64,000 bases of DNA from an uncultured Bacteroidales bacterium. GTDB lineage: Bacteria; Bacteroidota; Bacteroidia; Bacteroidales; VadinHA17. The stretch spans positions 128,040-192,039 of the forward strand of contig CAVTPT010000005.1 of assembly GCA_963736675.1 (NCBI GenBank). Direction: 5' to 3'. The stretch's first letter is position 1. Each line of letters opens with the position of its first letter. Shown here one piece after another: positions 43,355 to 53,177 of this stretch. The notes under the pieces are model-generated. The model had not been told where the DNA came from, ran no database searches, and was given only the letters and a program-made list of their open reading frames with translations. Position numbers and translations under genes: made by a program.

Positions 43355-46177
43355 ATGAAAAAAATTCTGTTAATAGTATATTCCACTTTTCTGATATTGA
43401 TATTAGCCGGTTTTATCTTCTTTAAAAGCCTGTATAATAAACAGATAAATTATATTTCTACCCTTCTTGACAGGCAGGTGCAGATCGTGGGATTATCAGT
43501 TGACAGTACGGATTACGGATTTTTAAGCGATCTGAAGGAAACAATATATTCAGAAGATCTTGCTTCTTTCTTTACCGACCAGGAATGCCAGATGAGGGTG
43601 AGGGAAAAAATGGAGCTCTTCTTTTCAAAATACCAGACTTTCGTAACAGGGATCAAGCTGTACGACAACAACAAAAATGAATTTACCCTGAAAAAGGATG
43701 AAACTATAAACAACTGGCTGCGCCAGACTTTTATTCTCCATGTTCAGGGTCAGATATTTGATGCCGAAAGGATGGTCTCCCAGGGACGGAATTATGATTA
43801 CTATCTCCCCGTAATAAAAGATGATAATGTAATTGGGAATATTGTAGTTACCGTCGATTATGGTAAATACTTCTCAAAGATATTCTCCACTTTAAATATG
43901 ATGGATTACCAGTGGCAATGGGTAATGAGTGATTCAGGCGAGATAATCTTCAATAATAATGAGGGAAATCCGGAATATACGGAGCTGAAAAAGATCGCTA
44001 CGGCACTTAAGGAAGCTTCGGTCGAGAATCTTACCCACAGGGCTGTTATTGATGGTAAATCAAGGCAGATAGTCTCTTCATTCTATTCATGTAAGCTATT
44101 GCACAGGGACCTTGTTCTGGTTTTTTCAGCGGCGACAGATGTTTTTCAGAAGTATATAGTCGTGAATGCAATTCTGGCTGGCATTTTAACTTTATCAATA
44201 CTTCAGCTTATTACTTTGTTATTCACCAGATTCCTGAAAAAGCAAAAGGCCGAGATTGACCGTCTGAGTTCTTCCGAAAAGATGCTTTTCAAACTTATTG
44301 AGGAGATGCCTGTGGGAGTTATCATTCATAATAAGAACAGGGAGATAATTAAGGCTAACAAGGTTGCAGCCGCACAATATTCATACATCGGTGCCGAAGA
44401 GATGAAGGGTAAAATTTTTCCCGAGACCTCGATGCCCCAGGATAATGAATATTTCTCCAAATACCTTGGAGGGAGTTTCAGGCCAGACCAGTTTGTTATA
44501 CTTAAGAAAGAGATCGGCGAAATTGTACTGTTCAGAAACAGCATCCCGGTTGTTTTCATGGGCGAACCAGCCGATATGGAGTTGCTGATAGATGTCACCA
44601 TGCTGGAGTCAGCAAGAAAACAGGAAGCTGAAGCAAACAGTGCCAAAACCGAATTCCTGGCAAGAATGAGCTATGAGATTCGCACTCCCCTGAATGGAAT
44701 TATCGGAATGACAGATGTTCTGAGCAGGCAGAATCTGAAAGTAGAAGTCAAGGACCTTGTCAGCCTTCTGAGACGCTCAACAGAAGTCCTGCAGAATATA
44801 ATTACCGATATACTCGACTTTTCAAGAATTGAGACAGGTAAAATGATACTCGATGAGATTCCTTTTAACATAAGGGAAGAATTTAATTACTGCATAGATC
44901 TGGCCAGGACATATCTTGAGGAAAAGAGCGTAACACTTTTCTCATCGGTAAATGAAGATGTTCCCGAAAATATTGTGGGAGACCCGTTCAGGCTGAGGCA
45001 GGTGATAACAAACCTTATCAATAATTCGATAAACAACACCGATGAGGGAGAGATAAGGATAACCTGCAGCCTTAAAGCAAAGCACGAGCGGATAATTACG
45101 TTGCTCTTTGAGCTGACGGATACCGGAAAGAGTCACGACAAATCTTCGCTGAAGAAAATTTTCGGTGATTATGTTAACCTCGAATCAAAGGCTATAAAGA
45201 ATGCCGATGATTCGGGATTTGGCACCATACTGGCAAGGCAGCTGATTGACCTGATGGGAGGCGAATTGTCAGCCGAAAGCCCGTCCGGGCTTGCGGGCGA
45301 TAAAGGTATAAGGGTTATATTCTCAATAACCACCTATTCAAGCGAAATACAGGTGAAAAACCTGGAGGAGGAGAAGTTCACGTCATTCAGCCAGATAAAG
45401 ACGCTGGTAGTCACTTCATACCAGAGCAGGGATGAAGAGATCCTGAATTCACTGCACCAGCTGGGACTGCCTCTTTCTGTCACTACCTACCAGAAATCGA
45501 CCATCAACCAGCTGAAGGCTAATTTTAATAATCCCGAATTGAGGTACCGGATGGTAATAATAATGAATGATCCGGACTTTGACGGGTTTGAGATGGCTAA
45601 AATGATATGGGACAGCTCTCTGGCCGACAAGTTGCTGATAATAATGATCAGCTCGCATGATGTGAGAGGCAATTATGTTAAATGTATAACAAACGGTATC
45701 GATCACTATATTGTCAAGCCATTTGAGATCTCCGAGCTTACCAAGGCAATCCAGGCCGGGTATCCTTATATTGATAACTCTACAGAGGTAATTGAAGTTG
45801 AGGACCTGAGAAAGGATCTCAGGATACTTGTAGTTGAAGATAATAAGATGAACCAGAAAGTGATAAGTTCCCTTCTCGGAAGCCTCGGCTATTCATGCGA
45901 TCTCGCCGATGACGGGTATACAGGATTTATACAGGCCAAAACCAGGAAATACGATATCATTTTTATGGATCTGATAATGCCTGAGATGGATGGTTTCGAA
46001 TCGGCACGGAAAATACTGGACTATGACAAGACAAATCTGATAGTGGCCTTTTCGGCCGACAACATGCCTGATTCAAAAAGAAAAGCCGGATTATCAGGCA
46101 TCAGGGAGTTTATTCCAAAGCCTGTCAGGATAGAAGATATTAAAAAGCTCTTCTCAAGGTATTTTAACAGGAATTAA
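43355..46177 (+). CDS. Hybrid sensor histidine-kinase-like protein with two C-terminal receiver domains; kinase core degenerate (Tyr at H-box)
   Basis: 940 aa. Domain order is TM, about 250-aa extracytoplasmic domain, TM, PAS-like, HisKA-like (MSYEIRTPLNGIIG), HATPase-like (NLINNSINNT, DTGKSH, GFGTILARQL), degenerate REC, then canonical REC (IFMDLIMPEMDG, IPKP). Confidence 0.85.
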   Translation: MKKILLIVYSTFLILILAGFIFFKSLYNKQINYISTLLDRQVQIVGLSVDSTDYGFLSDLKETIYSEDLASFFTDQECQMRVREKMELFFSKYQTFVTGIKLYDNNKNEFTLKKDETINNWLRQTFILHVQGQIFDAERMVSQGRNYDYYLPVIKDDNVIGNIVVTVDYGKYFSKIFSTLNMMDYQWQWVMSDSGEIIFNNNEGNPEYTELKKIATALKEASVENLTHRAVIDGKSRQIVSSFYSCKLLHRDLVLVFSAATDVFQKYIVVNAILAGILTLSILQLITLLFTRFLKKQKAEIDRLSSSEKMLFKLIEEMPVGVIIHNKNREIIKANKVAAAQYSYIGAEEMKGKIFPETSMPQDNEYFSKYLGGSFRPDQFVILKKEIGEIVLFRNSIPVVFMGEPADMELLIDVTMLESARKQEAEANSAKTEFLARMSYEIRTPLNGIIGMTDVLSRQNLKVEVKDLVSLLRRSTEVLQNIITDILDFSRIETGKMILDEIPFNIREEFNYCIDLARTYLEEKSVTLFSSVNEDVPENIVGDPFRLRQVITNLINNSINNTDEGEIRITCSLKAKHERIITLLFELTDTGKSHDKSSLKKIFGDYVNLESKAIKNADDSGFGTILARQLIDLMGGELSAESPSGLAGDKGIRVIFSITTYSSEIQVKNLEEEKFTSFSQIKTLVVTSYQSRDEEILNSLHQLGLPLSVTTYQKSTINQLKANFNNPELRYRMVIIMNDPDFDGFEMAKMIWDSSLADKLLIIMISSHDVRGNYVKCITNGIDHYIVKPFEISELTKAIQAGYPYIDNSTEVIEVEDLRKDLRILVVEDNKMNQKVISSLLGSLGYSCDLADDGYTGFIQAKTRKYDIIFMDLIMPEMDGFESARKILDYDKTNLIVAFSADNMPDSKRKAGLSGIREFIPKPVRIEDIKKLFSRYFNRN

Positions 46178-46197
46178 TCCTCCTTATCTCTCTACTG

Positions 46198-47238
46198 ATG
46201 ATCCCGAAAGCTATCAGCAAAACAGATATTATCCGGTTCCTGGAAATGGCTTCCTCAATTCCGGTAATTGATGTGAGATCGCCTTCGGAATTTAGTGCCG
46301 GGCATATTCCCGCAGCAGTAAACATCCCGCTTTTTGACGACAGCGAAAGAGCAGCAGTAGGCACACGGTACAAAAAAGAGGGCCGGGTAAAAGCAATTCT
46401 TGAAGGATTAAAGATCTCCGGACCCCGGATGTATGAAAAGCTTGAAAATGCCTTAAAGGTGGCTTCAGATGGCAAACTGTTGGTTCATTGCTGGAGAGGA
46501 GGCATGAGGTCCGAAGCCATGGCCTGGCTTTTTTCTCTGGGCGACATCGAGACCGCGATCCTGGATGGAGGATATAAAGCATATCGTCATCATGTTCTTG
46601 AAAAACTTTCAGGGAAGAAAAAAGTGATTGTCCTGGGAGGCCTTACGGGCAGCGGGAAGACCCATATCCTGAATTATTTGAAGGAACAGGGGCATCAGGT
46701 TATTGACCTTGAAGGCCTGGCAAATCATAAGGGCTCTGCGTTTGGTGCGCTGGGACAACTTCCGCAACCAACTTCGGAACACTTTGCCAACCTGCTTTTC
46801 AACGAATGGGAAAAGGTGGATGATAACCGGCCACTCTGGATCGAGGATGAGAGCCGTAATATCGGAAGCGTCTTTATGCCTGATCCATTCTATAACAATT
46901 TGCAGGAATATCGTGCGATTATCCTTATGATGGATATAAAAACCAGAATGCCTCGTCTCCTTGAAGAGTATTCATCTTATGCCCCCGACGACCTGAAATC
47001 ATCAGTCGTGAAAATAAGCAAACGGCTTGGGGGAGATAACACCAGGGAGGCAATTGAGGCCATTGGCTCGGGGGATTTCGGACGTTCGATAGAAATTACC
47101 CTGCAGTATTACGACAAAGCTTATCTGTACGGACTGAAAAGGAAAAAAGAACATAACATAATTTATGTTCAAACCGACACTGACGATATAAAAATCAATG
47201 CATCCAGGATTCTTGAAGCTGCAGATAAGATAACCTGA
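46198..47238 (+). CDS. selU: tRNA 2-selenouridine(34) synthase
   Basis: 346 aa. It has a rhodanese domain with the active-site loop VHCWRGGMRS, followed by the P-loop GGLTGSGKT. Confidence 0.9.
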   Translation: MIPKAISKTDIIRFLEMASSIPVIDVRSPSEFSAGHIPAAVNIPLFDDSERAAVGTRYKKEGRVKAILEGLKISGPRMYEKLENALKVASDGKLLVHCWRGGMRSEAMAWLFSLGDIETAILDGGYKAYRHHVLEKLSGKKKVIVLGGLTGSGKTHILNYLKEQGHQVIDLEGLANHKGSAFGALGQLPQPTSEHFANLLFNEWEKVDDNRPLWIEDESRNIGSVFMPDPFYNNLQEYRAIILMMDIKTRMPRLLEEYSSYAPDDLKSSVVKISKRLGGDNTREAIEAIGSGDFGRSIEITLQYYDKAYLYGLKRKKEHNIIYVQTDTDDIKINASRILEAADKIT

Positions 47239-47260
47239 TAAATAAGTCTGTCTGTTAAGG

Positions 47261-48508
47261 TTATAGCAACCCGGAACTGACCCATTTATAAACCTTGTCC
47301 GACCGTCTCAGATAATCGGGTGATTTTATGGAGCAGAGTTCCCCTTTCAAAGCTCTGTCCGTCTCTTTTAAGTCGACCCTGATCTCATCAGCACTATATT
47401 CAATAACACCAGTGGTAGGTCCGGTTATCATTATCATATCCCCTTTACAGAGATCTCCGTTTTCGAGTTTTATCTCGGCTACCCTGAGTTTTGTAAAGTA
47501 GTTGGTTATTTTTCCGAGATATATTTTTTTCCGGGTGGCGGCAGAACCGTATCTGTTGTTCCATACACCAAGTTTCTGTCCCAGATAATAACCGTCCCAG
47601 AAACCCCTGTTAAAGACTGTTGACAGCCTTATCCTCCACTCTTCCGTCTTTGCTTCTCCGTAAGTACCGTCAAGGACTGACCTTACTGCCTCATCATAGC
47701 ATGCAGAGACAGTTTTTACGTATTCAGGCGACCTGGCCCTTCCCTCTATCTTGAACACCCTGACCCCGGCTTCCAGCATTTTATCAATAAAACCTATGGT
47801 GCACAGATCTTTTGGCGACATAATGTACTCATTGTCGATTTCGAGCTGATATCCCGACTCCTTCTCTGTTACTATATACCCTTTCCGGCATGTCTGGTAA
47901 CACTTCCCGCGGTTGGCCGACATATTATTCTCATGAAGGCTCAGGTAGCATTTTCCTGAAACTGCCATGCACAGAGCCCCATGTGCAAACATCTCGATCC
48001 TCACAAGCTCACCGGCCGGACCCCTGACATTCTCTTCCCGGATACTCCTGCAGATCTGACTGACCTGGCCGAGATTCAGCTCCCTCGCAAGAACAACGAC
48101 ATCGGCCCAGCGAGCATAGAATTTAAGTGCTTCAATATTGGATATGTTGAGCTGGGTCGAAATGTGCACCTCTATCCCTGAAGAAAAGGCATAGTTTATT
48201 ACTGCAAGATCGGACGCAATAATTGCAGATACACCGCTTTTAACGGCTGCATCGACAATATCATGCATCTGTTCAATCTCATCATCATAAACTACCACAT
48301 TTACTGTCAGATAACTTTTGATATTATGTTCCCTGCAGATTGAAACAATATTATGCAGATCGTCCAGGGTAAAGTTAACCGACGAGGCCGCTCTCATATT
48401 TAATTGCCCCACACCAAAATAGACTGAATCAGCTCCACCCTGGATTGCTGCCATGAGTGATTCATACGATCCTGCCGGAGCCATTATTTCTATTTCTTTT
48501 CTGTCCAT
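47261..48508 (-). CDS. Peptidase U32-family protein (collagenase-like / RNA or quinone hydroxylation-associated family)
   Basis: 415 aa. The N-terminus EIMAPAGSYESLMAAIQGGADSVYFG and the central E..AHGALC...SGKC motif are typical of U32. Confidence 0.85.
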   Translation of the reverse strand: MDRKEIEIMAPAGSYESLMAAIQGGADSVYFGVGQLNMRAASSVNFTLDDLHNIVSICREHNIKSYLTVNVVVYDDEIEQMHDIVDAAVKSGVSAIIASDLAVINYAFSSGIEVHISTQLNISNIEALKFYARWADVVVLARELNLGQVSQICRSIREENVRGPAGELVRIEMFAHGALCMAVSGKCYLSLHENNMSANRGKCYQTCRKGYIVTEKESGYQLEIDNEYIMSPKDLCTIGFIDKMLEAGVRVFKIEGRARSPEYVKTVSACYDEAVRSVLDGTYGEAKTEEWRIRLSTVFNRGFWDGYYLGQKLGVWNNRYGSAATRKKIYLGKITNYFTKLRVAEIKLENGDLCKGDMIMITGPTTGVIEYSADEIRVDLKETDRALKGELCSIKSPDYLRRSDKVYKWVSSGLL

Positions 48509-48527
48509 TGAGGCCTTTCCGGATTTA

Positions 48528-49685
48528 TCAGATCCTTTTTAAGTTCAATAATATCCTTATGCATGATCCCTTCCCGGGTTCGGAATATTTCACAAAAATT
48601 TTCCCGTTGTGATACTCCTCTATGATCCTTTTTGCCAGTGAAAGACCGAGCCCCCAGCCACGCTTTTTGGTTGTGAATCCCGGATTGAAAATTTTTCTGA
48701 AAGCTCTTTTTGGGATACCTTTTCCTGTATCGGAAATGTCGATAATTGTCCCCTTTTCGCCCGACGACATCCTGATTGTTATCTCCCCGCTGCCTTCCAT
48801 TGCGTCGATGGCGTTCTTGCAAATATTTTCAATAACCCATTCAAAAAGAGCTGAATTTATTGGGATCACGACCTCCCTGCCGAGGTCGAACCCGATATTG
48901 AAAACCACCTTCGATGATGTCCTGGACTTAAGATAATCGACCGACCTGAGAATGATTCCGGTTATATTCTCCTCCTTTAAAGCAGGCTTTGAGCCTATTC
49001 TGGAAAATCGTTCGGTTACTTTTTCGAGACGTTTTACATCAAGTTCAAGTTCCCTGTTGATAGGTATTTCAGGATATTTATTCTGTAAAATCTCGATCCA
49101 GCCGGCAAGGGATGAAGTGGGAGTGCCCAGCTGATGTGCAGTCTCTTTTGACATCGCGACCCACAACTGGTTCTGCCCGGCCTTTCGTGACGAGCTGAGC
49201 GCAAGGTACGACACAAGGATAAACAATACAATAAGGGCCAGCTGTACAAAAGGATAGTAAATAAGCCTGGTAATAATTGTGCTGTCCTGATAATAGATTT
49301 GGTTTATAAAACCACTCCCTACATCAATTATCAAAGGATCATATTCTTCCCTTATTTTTTCAAGCTGAACCCGCATATAACCCGGATCCTCCATCTTTGC
49401 CGGGTCAAAATTCCTGTAGGCAATAATATTATCGTGACCATCAGTAAGAATGACAGGTACGGTGTTGTTATTTTCAATTATTGATTGCAGAAAATCAAGA
49501 TTCTGAGTGGTATCTGCTGAATTTATCTGTCGTATTGCCTCAGCCCATATCTCGACTTTTTTTCTTTCTTCGGTTTTCAGAATGCTGACAAGGTTCTGGG
49601 TATAGATCAGTGTGGCAACGCCGAGAAGCACTGCAAACAGAAATAAAAACAGGTTTCCAAGTCCCTTATTACTGTAGTTATTCAA
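48528..49685 (-). CDS. Sensor histidine kinase (two TM, small periplasmic loop domain)
   Basis: 385 aa. The H-box is ETAHQLGTPTSSL. Also present are the N-box ICKNAIDAM, G1 DTGKGI and G2 GWGLGLSLAKRI. It has an apparent TTG start at 49685; the first internal Met is near residue 97. Confidence 0.8.
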   Translation of the reverse strand: MNNYSNKGLGNLFLFLFAVLLGVATLIYTQNLVSILKTEERKKVEIWAEAIRQINSADTTQNLDFLQSIIENNNTVPVILTDGHDNIIAYRNFDPAKMEDPGYMRVQLEKIREEYDPLIIDVGSGFINQIYYQDSTIITRLIYYPFVQLALIVLFILVSYLALSSSRKAGQNQLWVAMSKETAHQLGTPTSSLAGWIEILQNKYPEIPINRELELDVKRLEKVTERFSRIGSKPALKEENITGIILRSVDYLKSRTSSKVVFNIGFDLGREVVIPINSALFEWVIENICKNAIDAMEGSGEITIRMSSGEKGTIIDISDTGKGIPKRAFRKIFNPGFTTKKRGWGLGLSLAKRIIEEYHNGKIFVKYSEPGKGSCIRILLNLKRI

Positions 49686-49710
49686 TTATCTGGTCATTAA
49701 TCATTGTTTG

Positions 49711-52380
49711 CTATCTCCTTTTCCGGAAGAGATTTTCAAATAAGTTCTCATTTTTTTCTGGTTCAGGCTCTTCTTCGGTCTTCAGAGTATCACTTCCTTC
49801 CCATGCGATCCTGAACCGGGGTTTTGAAGCCTGCTTTTTCTCCGGTCCATCCTCACCCTCACCCTCACCCTCACCCTCAACCTCACCCTCAACCTCATCC
49901 CCATACCAGCCATACTCCTCATTCAGTATTTGCTTTAATGACTGCCTCTCTTTCCTGATGTCCTCCTTTACCCGTGTGCTGGCAGCATTCATGTCGTAGC
50001 TCACTTTTATATCATCCCCGTTACCGTCGATCTTCAGGAAAAGTGATGTCCTTCCGAGTCCGTCATCTTCTATTTCCCCGAACTGGGTTGATACGGTCCG
50101 GCTTTTTCTTGCTTTCCTGCTCAGGATATCTGATAGAAGGACCCTGACATGATACTGGAAATTGTTGTCAAAATTGTGTTTCCCGTTAACCGAAAGATCC
50201 ACCGCCGACGACCTTACATCCATCAGAGGTATATACAGGGCATTGGTCCTGATAAAAAAATCATTCTCAAGCCTGTCAAATTTAATGTTCTCGAGTTCCG
50301 AGAGTTCTATAAACGAAGATAGTTCTTTTACAGGATCAAAGTCTATGAGAGCGCCGTCGGTCAGTACATATTTCCCTTCAGCTGTGACAGATTTTACGTC
50401 AACATTCAGCAGCGAATCGGTCGGCATCAGAAGTGAAAGCGAACCTGAAAGAGATCCTTCAATGTTTTCAGCTTTAAGAAAGTCCTGGCCGAAATTATTG
50501 AAGGTTGTAAAGGTCTCATTGACATCTATACCGGAAAATGTAAAGTTGCCCCGCCCGATAAATGATCTGTTCTGGTTCTGCAATAAAAGAGCATCGCCCG
50601 AAATCTTCCCCCCCTGTGAGGTAAGATCCATATAACTTATGTTCAGCATCCGGGGTTTCAGGCTAAGGGAGCCTTTAATATTCCTGGCAAGAAATGTCTT
50701 ATAGACCAGGGTGTCGATATTAAAATCTGCTTCAAGAAAGATATCCCCCGGAAGGGTCAGTCCTGTGATGTTCCTTGTTTTTCCCCCGGGATTCTCACCA
50801 AAGGAAGTAACAGGCGAAAATTTCGCGGGCAATATGCTTGAAGCACTTAAACTTGCTGTCCCTGTTAAATTAACCGGCATCCCCGACAGCCATTCGGGAA
50901 GGTTCATCAGTTTTCCGCTCAGGCTGATCTTCTGGCCGTTGATTATCATTTTGAAATCGTTTGCCGAGGTACTTTCATTGAATGAGATAATGCCGTTTGC
51001 TTCCCTGATCTCAACAGGTTTATTATTAAGGCATATACTGAATGAATTGAAATTCAGCTGAGACCTTGATTCAAGGCTGAATAAGTCGGTAAACCTGTAT
51101 TTCCCCTTTCTTTCCAGGAGCCCGTTCAACCTTATATCGATGCCAATAGTCCCGCCTGCATTTTCAACATACTTCAGGTTGAGGAATTCTTTCAGTTCTG
51201 AAGGATACAAAATCCCGTTGAAAGTGAGTTCGGCTTCAGGTCTGGTAAAATCTGTCACTTTAAATGATCCTCTGTAATCGGCCGATCCAAGTCGTGTTGT
51301 GAAATTACTGATGGTAAGTGTACTTGTTTCGGGGCGGTTTTTTGTACCATTTGTATAGGAGCCGTCAAATGAGAACCGGTCAATCATCAGATCCGATTTA
51401 TTGTAGGCAACATGGGCATCCTTAATCGACCATGATACTTCATAGTGGGGGTTAAGGGCAGCTGATGAGACTCCTTTGACCTTGCTTTCAATCTTTAAAA
51501 TGCCCGAAGGATGATACTCCATTGCAAGGTTTTTATACTTGTCGGGGAAGTAGTTGACAATTTTTGAAATATCGATGTTGTTCCCTTTGATGTCGAGGTC
51601 AAGAAAATTGTCGGATGCCACATAACCGGTGAGGATGAAATCCCAGTTCTCAATACTGAGGCTGCTTTTTTTGAAGAAGACCCCTTTATTGTTTTTGTTG
51701 AGGCCAACTTCAAGACTGGCAGCGACGGGTTGCCGTATCAAAAAATTTCTTAGCTGGAATAGTTCAAAAACTACTTTTGAATTACTTTCAAAATCTATGT
51801 CGCTTCCTGAGATCCTGCTTTTTATCCGGCTCTCCCTGAACATGCTCTTAATTATCAGTTCTGCATCCAGATCGTGGTAAGAGACCATAACATCCTCCAG
51901 ATTTATCCTGTTAAGGTTCAGGGCAGAAGAGCCTTCTTCATTTTTTTCTCCATTACCGGCAGAAACATCATAATTGTTTTTTCGGGCGCTGTCGGTAAAA
52001 AGGTTAAGAATTCCCGACTTTATGCTTATGCTCCTGAATGTGTAATCACCTTTCAGTATATCAGTCATTTTGAAATCGACAGACGCCGATTTTGCTGCCA
52101 GCAGGGTATCGGTATTGATATTGCCGAATCCGGAACGGTCAAAATCCGGGGATGAGTGAACCAGCACATTCCGGAGCTCAATAGTAGCCCTGGGGAATTT
52201 TTTAAGCAGCGAAAACCGGTACGATTCTGTTTCAATCTTCGTCAGGAAATTCCTGTTGAGAGATTTCAGTATAATATCTGCTACCTTGTTCTGCATTATC
52301 AAAGAAGTGAAAAATAGCACAATAAGTACCGATAAAATCAGCAGTGATATAATTCTGGCTATTTTCACAAAGGGATTCAT
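49711..52380 (-). CDS. AsmA-family (AsmA/TamB-like) envelope protein with acidic EG-repeat C-terminus
   Basis: 889 aa with an N-terminal membrane anchor (IARIISLLILSVLIVLFFTSLIM) and a long beta-rich body typical of AsmA-like proteins. The C-terminal tail is DEVEGEVEGEGEGEGEDG. Confidence 0.7.
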   Translation of the reverse strand: MNPFVKIARIISLLILSVLIVLFFTSLIMQNKVADIILKSLNRNFLTKIETESYRFSLLKKFPRATIELRNVLVHSSPDFDRSGFGNINTDTLLAAKSASVDFKMTDILKGDYTFRSISIKSGILNLFTDSARKNNYDVSAGNGEKNEEGSSALNLNRINLEDVMVSYHDLDAELIIKSMFRESRIKSRISGSDIDFESNSKVVFELFQLRNFLIRQPVAASLEVGLNKNNKGVFFKKSSLSIENWDFILTGYVASDNFLDLDIKGNNIDISKIVNYFPDKYKNLAMEYHPSGILKIESKVKGVSSAALNPHYEVSWSIKDAHVAYNKSDLMIDRFSFDGSYTNGTKNRPETSTLTISNFTTRLGSADYRGSFKVTDFTRPEAELTFNGILYPSELKEFLNLKYVENAGGTIGIDIRLNGLLERKGKYRFTDLFSLESRSQLNFNSFSICLNNKPVEIREANGIISFNESTSANDFKMIINGQKISLSGKLMNLPEWLSGMPVNLTGTASLSASSILPAKFSPVTSFGENPGGKTRNITGLTLPGDIFLEADFNIDTLVYKTFLARNIKGSLSLKPRMLNISYMDLTSQGGKISGDALLLQNQNRSFIGRGNFTFSGIDVNETFTTFNNFGQDFLKAENIEGSLSGSLSLLMPTDSLLNVDVKSVTAEGKYVLTDGALIDFDPVKELSSFIELSELENIKFDRLENDFFIRTNALYIPLMDVRSSAVDLSVNGKHNFDNNFQYHVRVLLSDILSRKARKSRTVSTQFGEIEDDGLGRTSLFLKIDGNGDDIKVSYDMNAASTRVKEDIRKERQSLKQILNEEYGWYGDEVEGEVEGEGEGEGEDGPEKKQASKPRFRIAWEGSDTLKTEEEPEPEKNENLFENLFRKRR
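49851..49898. repeat. Hexanucleotide microsatellite (CCTCAN)x8 inside the AsmA-like gene
   Basis: cctcac x4, then cctcaa, cctcac, cctcaa, cctcat. On the coding (minus) strand it encodes the (EG)/(EV) dipeptide run DEVEGEVEGEGEGEGE. Confidence 0.9.
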
Positions 52381-52453
52381 ATACTCACAAAAATACCTGT
52401 CAACCGGGAAAATAAACGGTGAGCAAAGTTAATTATTTGGATTAAAACAAGTT

Positions 52454-53161
52454 TTATTTGATCAGGAAGGATAAATCGTCATTTTCATCACATTCAAGTG
52501 GGGTAAGATTTTTTTGGAATATCCTGACTTTATTCCGCCCGATCAGACGGGCTTTGTTGTTCTCAATAAGCAACATTGTCCCCTCCCTCAGGCCTGCCAC
52601 ATATAGACCGGGATTTACTTCAATGAACTCTTCTATCCTCTGCTCCCGGGTCTCACCTGCATGGTTGGAAGGGTTTAAATCGAGATAGTGAGGATTTATC
52701 TGAAAGGGAATCAGGTTAAAGGCTTCAAATGAATCCGGTTCGACGACTGGCATGTCGTTAGTCGTTTTGAGAGTAGGACAGGCGACGTTAGAGCCGGCGC
52801 TCCATCCGATATAGGGAGTCCCTTTATTTACCATTTCCCTTACCGGCCCTATCAGCCCGTTGTCGCGAATCATCTTAAGCAATTTCCAGGTGTTCCCTCC
52901 GCCAACAACAATGGCAGAGGCTTTTCTCACAGCCTCCGACGGATCAGCAAAGTGATGTATTGAAACTATGTCGTGCCCTATCTCCCTGAATCTCTCAGCA
53001 ACTTTAGCCTCATAATCATCAAATGAGAATGTAACTGCAGCGTAAGGGACGAAAAGAGCTCTGACAGGGTCTCTCCCAAGGAATTCCCTGATATTCTGTT
53101 TGGGATAATCAAGATATGGTTCCCCGGGATTTGTCGAATTACTGATAAGAAGTAATCTCAT
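52454..53161 (-). CDS. pepE: Dipeptidase E (peptidase S51)
   Basis: 235 aa. Contains MRLLLISNS and the nucleophile region YIGWSAGSNV. Confidence 0.85.
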   Translation of the reverse strand: MRLLLISNSTNPGEPYLDYPKQNIREFLGRDPVRALFVPYAAVTFSFDDYEAKVAERFREIGHDIVSIHHFADPSEAVRKASAIVVGGGNTWKLLKMIRDNGLIGPVREMVNKGTPYIGWSAGSNVACPTLKTTNDMPVVEPDSFEAFNLIPFQINPHYLDLNPSNHAGETREQRIEEFIEVNPGLYVAGLREGTMLLIENNKARLIGRNKVRIFQKNLTPLECDENDDLSFLIK

Positions 53162-53177
53162 AAGAGTAATATTTTAG

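Noticed and set aside
49851-49898. Tandem repeat checked as a possible CRISPR or other array.
   Set aside because: The unit is only 6 nt, there are no spacers, and it is fully inside a coding frame. It is a coding microsatellite, not a CRISPR array. No CRISPR-like repeat-spacer structure was seen anywhere in the window.
49610-49999. A plus-strand ORF encoding a striking SPSPSPSPSTSPSTSS repeat.
   Set aside because: It is simply the antisense reading of the (EG)n hexanucleotide repeat inside the AsmA-like gene. It also overlaps the start of the histidine-kinase gene on the other strand.
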